From: Parvularia atlantis
Lineage: Eukaryota
Reading direction: 5' to 3'
Length of the DNA: 20,000 nucleotides
Assembly: GCA_943704415.1 (NCBI GenBank)
Contig: CALSCO010000901.1
Coordinates: 54,526 to 74,525, forward strand
The notes beneath the pieces are model-generated. The model was not told where the DNA came from. It saw only the letters and a list, made by a program, of their open reading frames with translations, and made no database searches. Position numbers and translations under genes: made by a program. Below are positions 11,226 to 18,999 of this stretch, piece after piece (the stretch's first letter is position 1; every line of letters starts with the position of its first letter).

Positions 11226-12707
11226 ATGATGCTGGCCTTGGCGGTGCTGGCGCTGGTCGCGCCGGCGTGCGCCTCGCTCGTGTGCACGTCGACATGGCCG
11301 CCGCCGTCCGCGGCCTGCCCGGACCGCGCGCAGTGCGTGCAGCCGCGATGCCGCTCGTTCGCGCCGGCCATCGCGCTCGCCGGCGATCGCGTGCTCGTGC
11401 CGCCGACATCAACGAGCGCGCCGGCGCCGCCGTGGCGCCTGACGGACGGCGCGAGCGTGCACCTGCGCAACTTTGACGTGACGGTCGAGGCGGGTGCGGT
11501 GGACGGGCGCGACCCTGATGCGGCGGCGGCGCCGTACACGCTCGCGCTGCACGCGCCCGACTTCTACAACCTGTTCCACACGCTCTTCGAGCTGCTCGTG
11601 CCGCTGCACGACACGATTCGTGCTGATCGGGGCGCACGCTGGGACCCGGCCGACGTGCAGCTCGCGCTCTGGCACGACCCGGACCTGACCTGTTTGCGTG
11701 GGCTGCACGGCCGACGTGCACCCTTCTCACGCGCACGCGCACGCGCACGCGCACAGGTGCGTTCCTGGACCAGCCCGAGCGCTGCTACCAGTTTGCGCCG
11801 CTGCTCGGTGCGCCCGCGGTGCCTCGCCGTGACGCCGACTGAGGCGGCCGCGCACGTCCAGCCGCGTTCACCGACCGGCCGCTACTGTGGTCGATCAAAG
11901 GGCCGGTGCGCGACCTGGCTGGCCGGCTGCCGCACGTGCACGACGACGCAGGACGCGTGGCGTTTGCCGAGCGGCCGGTGGTGCTGCGCGGCGCAGACGT
12001 GCGCGTGCACCTCGACACGCGGCACGTCATCTGGCCGCACACGAGCGACTACGAGCCGCCCGCGCCGGTCGATCGGCTGCCGTGGACGTGCGAGCGCCGG
12101 CCGCCCCCGCCGGTGTCGTACGGCGAGACGCTGCTCGAGCTCTTTGACGGGCTGGTCCCGTCGCGCTTCGGCCTCGCAGATCGGGCGCCGCGAGGTGCCA
12201 GCGTGCGCGTGACGGTGGTCGTGCGCGGCAGCGGGTTCGTGAGCCGGCCCTCGCGACACACGTTCCGGACACTCGCGGCGCTGGCGGTGCGGTGCCGGTG
12301 TGTGCCGCGGACAGACATTGCTCATGACCCATGTGTGCAGGAGGCGACAGCGTGGTGGCCCGACGGCGCGATCAACGTGACGCGCGTGGACTGGGCGACG
12401 CTGCCGCTGCGCGAGCAGCTTGAACTGGCCCGGTCGAGCGACGTGCTTGTGGGGGACCACGGCGCGGGTGCGCCGCGGCTGTGCTGCATGGCCGGCCGGC
12501 TCACGCGGCGCGCGCGCAGGCCTGTCGCACATGGTGATGATGCGACGGGGCAGCGCCGTGGTCGAGCTGACCCGCCCCGACGTGGCCCGGCGCGACTACT
12601 TTGGCGTGCTGGCGCGGGCACTCGGGCACGACTACCAGCGCGTGCGCGACGACGCCATGACCGCGACCGTGCTGGCGCGCGCGTTGGCTGCCGTGATACC
12701 GTGGTGA
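11226..12707 (+). CDS. Glycosyltransferase family 61 (DUF563; EOGT/xylosyltransferase-like), with signal peptide
   Basis: Hydrophobic N-terminus, YNLFHTLFELLVPL and the GT61 signature LPLREQLELARSSDVLVGDHGAGLSHMVMMRRGSAVVEL...YFGVLARALGHDY. Introns 11698-11756 (donor could be 11692), 11808-11861, 12287-12340, 12468-12519. Confidence 0.85.
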
Positions 12708-12740
12708 TCTGCAGCGCAAAAGAAAACACTACAAGCCCGC

Positions 12741-13836
12741 TCACTCGTCCTCGTCGAACCGGATCGAGTGCACCGACGTGTCGATCGCGCCGCCGCGGTA
12801 CGAGCCGCGCTTTTTCTTGGTCTTCTCCTGCCGAAAGCCCTTGCCGCGCGTCTTGATCAGGTCCTTGTGCGCCTTCATGCCATAGTCGTTCTCGCTGCCG
12901 CCCTGGGAAGGGCACCGGCGCCGCTCAGCGACCGCGCACTCGCACGGGCGCCAGCGCACCTTGCTCAGGAACGAGTTGTCGCGTAGCCGGTCGTCCGTGA
13001 ACGTGACCTCCTCCTCGCGCACGCGCTTGAACGGCTGCTTGGTGCCGTTGGCCGCGTCCTTCTTGGCCTGAGCGTGCACTCGCGTCAGACTGCGGCGCAG
13101 CGGCGTGAGCGGCGGCCGGCCACCTTGGGCGCGGGCGCGGCGGGCGCGGCGGGCGCGGCCTCGTCCTGCTCCTCCGCGGCCTCGGCCTCCCCGCCAGCGG
13201 TCTCCTCAACCGCCGGCGCCTCCTCGGCCTGCTCCATCTTGCTCGCCTTGCGCTTTTTCTCTTTCTTGGGCGCGGGCGCGGCCTCGGGCTCGGCAGCGGG
13301 CTCGGCAGCGGGCTCGGCAGCGGGCTCCGGCTGCGCGTCGCCTTTGGCGGCCTGCACCTCGTGCCTTGCCTTGAGCTGCGCCTCGCGCTCGGCCTGGCGC
13401 TTGGCGCGGCTGCAGGCGCGGTGTGAGCAGCACGGCGCACGGCGCGCGGCGACGTACGCGGCCTCGAGGATCGGCCGGTAGGTGTCGAGGAGGGGCGGGA
13501 ACTCGGGCGGGGTCGGGTGCTTCTTCTTGTCCTGCGGCCGTGCCGGGTGAGCGAGCGGTGTGCGTCCGCGGCCGTGGCGGGGCGCCAAACCATGCGCGTC
13601 TCGCGGTACATCGTCCCCGCGGTCTGCTTGAGGCTCGACTGAAGCAGGAAGTCGTACACCAGCTGGTACAGCATCGACGGGCTCACGCTCGGCCGGGCCA
13701 TCTTCACCAGCTCGGCCTCGGGAACGTCCGGCAGCTTGACGAACGTCGCCTTGGGCGGCGCCACCTTCTTCTTGTGCGGCAGCTTCGGGGCGGCGGCCGC
13801 AGCGGGCGCGGCAGCGGGCGTGCTCGACGAGGCCAT
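12741..13836 (-). CDS. SRP40: SRP40/Nopp140-like nucleolar protein (LisH-like N-terminal segment plus SRP40_C), about 291 aa
   Basis: C-terminal PFKRVREEEV...LRDNSF...YGMKAHKDLIKTRGKGFRQEKTKKKRGSYRGGAIDTSVHSIRF is the SRP40_C domain; LYQLVYDFLLQSSLKQTA is LisH-like. Introns 13532-13590, 13410-13457, 13068-13123, 12903-12959. Confidence 0.88.
13285..13327. repeat. 12-nt coding tandem repeat (CGGGCTCGGCAG)3+, encoding EPAA repeats in SRP40
   Basis: Directly visible; translates on the minus strand as EPAAEPAAEPAAEP. Confidence 0.85.
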
Positions 13837-13868
13837 GTGGCCGTAGGTATATGGCGCGTACACATGTG

Positions 13869-15062
13869 TCACGCTTGGTCTCCGGCCCAACTCTCGGCCG
13901 TGTGGGCCGGCGCGCGCTCGCCCAGGAGGTCGGCCAGGGTCTCCTCGGCGATTGCGAAAGACGTGCTCGCGCCCGTGCCGCTCGTGACCGAGACGAGGCG
14001 CACGCCGCGCGCCGGGCGCTCGGTGAACATGGCCTCGGGCCCGCTCGGGTAGACGCCCGTCCAGCGCTCGAGCACGTCGGCGGGGCGGACGGGCAGGTCG
14101 AGCGTGCTCGTGAGCTCGGCGAGGATGCGGTCGTCGACGGCGCGCGGCTGGAACGGGTCCGGCGTGTAGCCGTAGTGGTGGCTGTCGCCGACGACGAGCG
14201 AGCCGTCGGCCGACTGGACGGCGATGAGGTGGATGCCGTCGTCGAGCCAGGGCTGCTGCTCGGCCTGGAGGCGCGCGCGCAGGGCCGGCAGCGACGGGCA
14301 GCCGGCGTAGCCGAGGTAGCGCACGAGGCCGAGGTCGCTCATGACCGCGCCGGGCAGGCGGAAGCCCACGGGCGCGGCCACGCGGAGCATGTGCAGCTTG
14401 CACAGGGTCACGCCGTGGCGCTGGAACACGCCTGGGTACAGCGTCGAGAGGTCCGGCCCGGGGCAGACGACGATGTGCGGCGCGGCATAGACGCCCGCGG
14501 TCGTCACGACCCGACCCTCCTCGACCGTCGTCACGGCTGTGCGCCTGAGGAACTCGACGTGCGCGCCCTCGAGCCAGGCCGCGAGGCGCGGGATGGCCGT
14601 GCGGCTTTCGACACGGAGCTCATGCGGGCTCACGAGCGCACCGGCGACGTCGCCACGCACGGGCGCGCCGGGCGGGCCGCGCACGACGGTGCAGCCGCGG
14701 CCCATGGGTGCGCTGGCCGCAAACTCGTCCAGGCACGCGAGCGCCTCGGGCCGGCGCGCGACGACGGTGAGCCCGCGCTGGAGCACATCGATGCCGGCCT
14801 GCGGCGCGACCTCGGCCCAGACGTCGCGCGAGCGCAGGGCGCGGCGCCAGGTCAGGCCGGCCTGCTGGCCCGTGACCGTGATGAAGCCAAAGTTGCGGAT
14901 CGACGCGCCCACCGCGAGCTCGTCCCGGTCGAGCACGAGCGTGCGCAGGCCGCGGCGGCGCGCGGCGAGGGCGTGCGCGAGGCCGACAATGCCCGCGCCC
15001 ACCACGACGACGTCGTACGAGCGTGTGGCGGCGGTCGTTGCGAGCGTGCGCACGTGGCTCAT
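13869..15062 (-). CDS. TIGR03364-family FAD-dependent oxidoreductase (DAO fold; phosphonate-cluster associated), intronless, 397 aa
   Basis: DVVVVGAGIVGLAHA (Rossmann), GASIRNFGFITVTGQ, SPHELRVESRTAIPRLAAWL, CKLHMLR, VMSDLGLVRYLGY, GIHLIAVQSADGSLVVGDSHHY, ERWTGVYPS and VTSGTGASTSFAIAEE are motifs I recognise from this bacterial family. ATG 15062; no introns needed. Confidence 0.88.
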   Translation of the reverse strand: MSHVRTLATTAATRSYDVVVVGAGIVGLAHALAARRRGLRTLVLDRDELAVGASIRNFGFITVTGQQAGLTWRRALRSRDVWAEVAPQAGIDVLQRGLTVVARRPEALACLDEFAASAPMGRGCTVVRGPPGAPVRGDVAGALVSPHELRVESRTAIPRLAAWLEGAHVEFLRRTAVTTVEEGRVVTTAGVYAAPHIVVCPGPDLSTLYPGVFQRHGVTLCKLHMLRVAAPVGFRLPGAVMSDLGLVRYLGYAGCPSLPALRARLQAEQQPWLDDGIHLIAVQSADGSLVVGDSHHYGYTPDPFQPRAVDDRILAELTSTLDLPVRPADVLERWTGVYPSGPEAMFTERPARGVRLVSVTSGTGASTSFAIAEETLADLLGERAPAHTAESWAGDQA

Positions 15063-15109
15063 GCAGGCGCAGTTGGAAACTGACAAGGCGGCACACACAG
15101 CAGACCGGC

Positions 15110-15523
15110 TCACTGCAGCAGCGAGTAGGCGATCGCCGCGAAGACGGCCGCACCGCCGCCCGTGAATAGGGCCGTGTAGGTGCTGAGGGCGTGCGGGCCG
15201 AGCGTGCCGACGAGGACTGAGACGACGTCGATCGAGTCGACGATGAGGCCCATCTGCAGCGCCGTGCGCATGACCGGCAGCTGCAGCGCCGCGGCGGTCG
15301 ACGACGCGCCGGCGAGGTACGGCACGACGAAGAGCGAGCCAGCGAGGACGAGGTCGCGCGCGCCAAAGAGGCGCGTCAGGAGCACCATGCGCTTGTCGCT
15401 CGCCGGGACCGCGTCCAGGCCGGCAATGGTCGAGATGGTCGAGGGGCTGACGAGCGCGACCACGCCGGTGGCGCCGCGCGTGAGGATGAACGCATTGAGG
15501 GCGACGGTCGCGGCGGCCGACAT
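15110..15523 (-). CDS. Small multi-pass membrane protein, DUF4267-like, intronless, 137 aa
   Basis: About four hydrophobic segments with RLFGARDLVL (GxRD motif) and VDSIDV; ATG at 15523 in CACCATG context. Confidence 0.65.
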   Translation of the reverse strand: MSAAATVALNAFILTRGATGVVALVSPSTISTIAGLDAVPASDKRMVLLTRLFGARDLVLAGSLFVVPYLAGASSTAAALQLPVMRTALQMGLIVDSIDVVSVLVGTLGPHALSTYTALFTGGGAAVFAAIAYSLLQ

Positions 15524-15833
15524 GGTGCGAGAAAAGTGTGGGGTGAGCAGCACACTCCACGTGGTGGATCGGCACGGTTTTTATCAGGTCAGCAGCCTCA
15601 GCCTCCGTCGGAAGCAGCGGTTTACCCGACCGCCGCGAGATCGCCACGAGATCGCCGCGCCGAGACCGCGGCCGTACGCACGCGCCGCGCGGCCGCGCGC
15701 TGTTTGGTGGCAAGTCTTGGGCCTTGGCGCCATCATGCGGCTCATCAGCGGGACCCGCCACGTCACGTGCCACCCGGCCGAAACATGAGTTCACGGGCCG
15801 CCGTTGCGCGCGCAGATTGAAACAGCCGCCGCA

Positions 15834-17235
15834 ATGCTGTCGGGAGCAGCGGGCGCGCTCAACGACGAGGGCGACAGCTCGCTCGAGGTCACGCTCATCA
15901 TCTTCGCCGTGCTCGCGACCGTCGTCGGGTGGTGCGCCGCCCCGCAGCGCGCGAGACGCGGCCGGGGCTCACCCCCGTCTTCGCGCCTTTTCCGCGCGCG
16001 CGCGTGCAGGCTCGTGACCGTGATCAACATCAGCCAGCACGTCAACCACTGGAACGCGCCCGAGCACCAGATGTGCGCCTGCGCCCGCGCCTGCGCCGGG
16101 GTTCGCTGGTGTGCGTGAGTCTGACGCGCCTACCGCGCAGGATCATTGTGCAGATGCTCGTGCTGGTGATCATATGGTGCGCGCGCGCACGGTCCTGCAC
16201 CTGCGCCCGCACCCGCCTCACGCACGCGCGCGCGCGCCCGGCCAGGTCCACGTTCTCCATGCTCGTGGTCATCCAGCCCATCATCAAGCCGCTGACGCAG
16301 GCGCGACGCCCACGACGCCCCCCGCCGCCGGCTCTGACCGCGCACCGCGCGCACAGGTCATGATGGACTCTTACGAGGCGTACCTCATCGTGCTCTTCAT
16401 GCAGCTCATGACGACATACCTGGGCGGGTACGAGCAGGTGGTGGAGGACATCGGCGAGATGAAGGACAAGTACCGCCTGGGGCCGTTCTACCTCACGCCG
16501 TCGCTGCGCGGGTACACGATCATGCGCCTGCTCGTGTACCAGTTCATCATTATCAAGCCGGGCCTGTCGATCGTGCGCTGCGTGCTGTACTACATGGACT
16601 ACAAGGAGCGGCTGGATCTGCTGATCGACGTGGACCAGGTTTTTGTCATCTTCCGCTACACCATGCTCACGTCGCTCATACTGGCCATGCTGGGGCTGCT
16701 CATGTTTTACCGCATGTTCTACAGCAAACTCAAGCCGTACAAGGTCGGGATCAAGTTCCTGGCCATGAAGCTGTTCATCTTCCTGTACATCATGCAGTCG
16801 TTTCTCTTCACCTTCCTCGAGGACGAGTCGGGCGGGAAAGAGGCCTACTTCACCGCGGCGCGGATTGAGTACTTTTGCGTGTGCATCGAGATGGCCCTGG
16901 CCTCGTTCCTCAACATGAACGTCATCTTCACCTTCCGCGAGTGGGTCAACGAGGTGCGCCTGTGGCCTGCGCGCGCCCGCAGCCGATCCGACTCTCGCGC
17001 CCGCGCGCGTGCGCACACATAGGATGACCTGGTCAAGCCCTGGATCGAGTACTTCCGCCTGGACGAGGCGCGCCTGACCGAGTGGCAGACGTCGCTGTCC
17101 AACCCGCACATGGTCCGGCAGGACTCGCTCGCGGTCGAAAAGTCGCGCCTGCCCAACAGCAAGCAGGTCAACGACGAGATTGACGAGGAGGCCGAGGAGC
17201 AGCGGCGGTGGCGCAACTACAACACGCTGGCGTGA
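15834..17235 (+). CDS. Organic solute transporter alpha / TMEM184 family membrane protein
   Basis: HWNAPEHQMIIVQML, DSYEAYLIVLFMQLMTTYLGG, VYQFIIIKP, KFLAMKLFIFLYIMQ, CVCIEMALAS. Introns 15932-16009, 16073-16140, 16177-16245, 16301-16356 (GC-AG), 16954-17022. Confidence 0.9.
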
Positions 17236-17281
17236 GCGCAGGCAAAAAAAGCATGTGTACAGCTGCCGGGTTGACGATGAT

Positions 17282-17289
17282 GCACTTTT
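17282..17289 (+). promoter_or_regulatory. Initiator-like GCACTTTT motif upstream of ADE8 (representative of a recurrent motif)
   Basis: Same core at 2475, 7740, 11179 and 17939 (+) and at 5102 (-), each in the short stretch upstream of a gene. Confidence 0.45.
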
Positions 17290-17299
17290 GCGGCGAGCG

Positions 17300-17908
17300 A
17301 TGCGGCACCGCGTGGTCGTGCTCATCAGCGGCGGCGGCACCAACCTCCAGGCGATCATCGACGCTGTGCGCGCCCGTCCGAGCCCCCTGCCCTCGGTTGA
17401 GCTCGTGCGCGTGGTCTCGAACCGCAAGGACGCGTACGGGCTGCAGCGCGCCGAGGCCGCGGGCATCCCGACGACGTACTTCCCGCTCAAGCCGTTCCTC
17501 GAGCGCGGTCAGACGCGCGAGCAGTACGACGGCGCGCTCGCGCGCGAGCTCGCGCCGCTCGAGCCGGACCTGGTCGTGCTCGCGGGGTGGATGCACGTGC
17601 TCAGCCCGGCCTTCCTCGACAGCTTCCCCGGGCGCGTGATCAACCTGCACCCGGCCCTGCCACACCAGTTTGACGGCGCGCACGCGATCGAGCGCGCGTA
17701 CGAGGCCGCGCAGGCCGGGCGGATTGACCACAGCGGGGTCATGGTCCACCACGTCATCCCTGAGGTCGACCGCGGCGCGGTCATCCTGAGCGAGCCCGTG
17801 CCGATCCTGCCCGACGATACCCTGGACGCGTTCGAGGCGCGCGTGCACGCGACCGAGCACCGCCTGATCGTCGACGCCATCGCCAAGGTGCTCTACACTG
17901 CGCCCTAA
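17300..17908 (+). CDS. ADE8: Phosphoribosylglycinamide formyltransferase (monofunctional GAR transformylase, PurN/Ade8), intronless
   Basis: VVVLISGGGTNLQAII, VVSNRKDAYGLQRA, DLVVLAGWMHVLS, INLHPALP, GVMVHHVIPEVDRG; resembles the stand-alone fungal Ade8 type. Confidence 0.95.
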   Translation: MRHRVVVLISGGGTNLQAIIDAVRARPSPLPSVELVRVVSNRKDAYGLQRAEAAGIPTTYFPLKPFLERGQTREQYDGALARELAPLEPDLVVLAGWMHVLSPAFLDSFPGRVINLHPALPHQFDGAHAIERAYEAAQAGRIDHSGVMVHHVIPEVDRGAVILSEPVPILPDDTLDAFEARVHATEHRLIVDAIAKVLYTAP

Positions 17909-17947
17909 AGGGGGGCTTATGTCTGTGTGCGACGGCGCGCACTTTCC

Positions 17948-18214
17948 ATGTCCCGCGATGCGGCGTGGCCGCTCCGCCCCGACGCCCTGACCGTCTGGGC
18001 CGCGCGCCTGGGCGACTGGGCACCCGATGCCGCGGTGCTCGACGCGCTGTCGCCGGCCGACCGCGCCCGCGTGGCCGCGCTGCGCCGCGCCGATGACCGC
18101 CGCCGCGCGATCGTCGGCGCGCGCCTCGTGCGAATGCTGCTGCAGCGCGCGTACGGCGACGCCGCGGCCCGCGTCGACGTGCGCCGCGACCGGCCGGGCC
18201 GCAAGCCGTACGCG

Positions 18215-18272
<58 letters not shown>

Positions 18273-18868
18273 TGGCCACGCACTGCGGGGGCTGAGGCGT
18301 GCGCACAGGACGCGCCGCCTGGGGCCGCCGCCGCGTGGCAGTTCAACCTGAGTCACCACGGCGAGTGGGTCGTGCTGGCGACGCACCCGCGCTGCGCCGT
18401 CGGCATCGATGTGATGGACTGCGCCGACCTGCCGCCGGGTACGACGCAAGCCGGACTGCTGGCGAGTCTGCGCGAACAGGCACGCACGCGCAACTGCACA
18501 ACGGCCAGCGCAAGCTGACGCGCGCCGCGCAGTTTGCCGACGCCGAGTGGGCCCAGCTGCAGGCGCTTGCGGCCGACGCGCCGCGCCAGCTCGCGCGCCT
18601 GTACGAGCTGTGGACGCTCAAGGAGAGCCTCGTCAAGGGCACGGGCGCGGGGCTGGTGACGCCGCTGCGCACACTCACGTTTGAGCCGCGATCGCCGGGA
18701 CGGGTGCGCGCGGTGGAGGACGGCCGCGCGCTCCACGACTGGTCCGTGCACACGGCGCGGCTCGACGACGGACGGTACGCGGTCGCCGTGGCCGCGCACG
18801 AGGGGCCAGACGAGCGCGCGTGGCTGCCGCTCGCGTGGCACAAGGGCGCCGCGGCCGACCTGTGGTGA
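17948..18868 (+). CDS. Sfp-type 4'-phosphopantetheinyl transferase (Lys5/AASDHPPT-like)
   Basis: GRKPY, FNLSHHGEWVVLA, VGIDVM and LWTLKESLVKGTGAGL motifs. Introns 18215-18308 and 18480-18532 (GC-AG). Confidence 0.92.
18218..18269. repeat. (TG)26 microsatellite in PPTase intron 1
   Basis: Perfect dinucleotide run beginning inside the GTATGT donor. Confidence 0.95.
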
Positions 18869-18878
18869 TGCACGCGCG

Positions 18879-18902
18879 TGTGTGTGTGTGTGTGTGTGTG
18901 TG
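18879..18902. repeat. (TG)12 microsatellite between the convergent PPTase and RPL9 stop codons
   Basis: Directly visible. Confidence 0.9.
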
Positions 18903-18999
18903 CTCTGCAAACCACCACCGGCCGAAGTTACACGCAACAGACGGGCAGCGCCCAGCAAAGACCCCCCGCGGGCACGACCCAGATGCAGCGCGGCCCCGG

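Noticed and set aside
2492..12707. Hydroxylase plus glycosyltransferase pathway cluster (JmjC and GT61, both with signal peptides)
   Set aside because: They are 7 kb apart and separated by unrelated housekeeping genes; nothing in the sequence links them.
15063..15794. 244-codon N-terminal extension of the oxidoreductase ORF (641 aa in the track) overlapping the DUF4267-like gene
   Set aside because: Low-complexity off-frame reading of the membrane-protein gene; family similarity begins only after ATG 15062.
18218..18902. (TG)n arrays as CRISPR, telomeric or coding (VC/HT) repeats
   Set aside because: Simple microsatellites in an intron and a 3' spacer; no spacers, and the translated repeats are artefacts.
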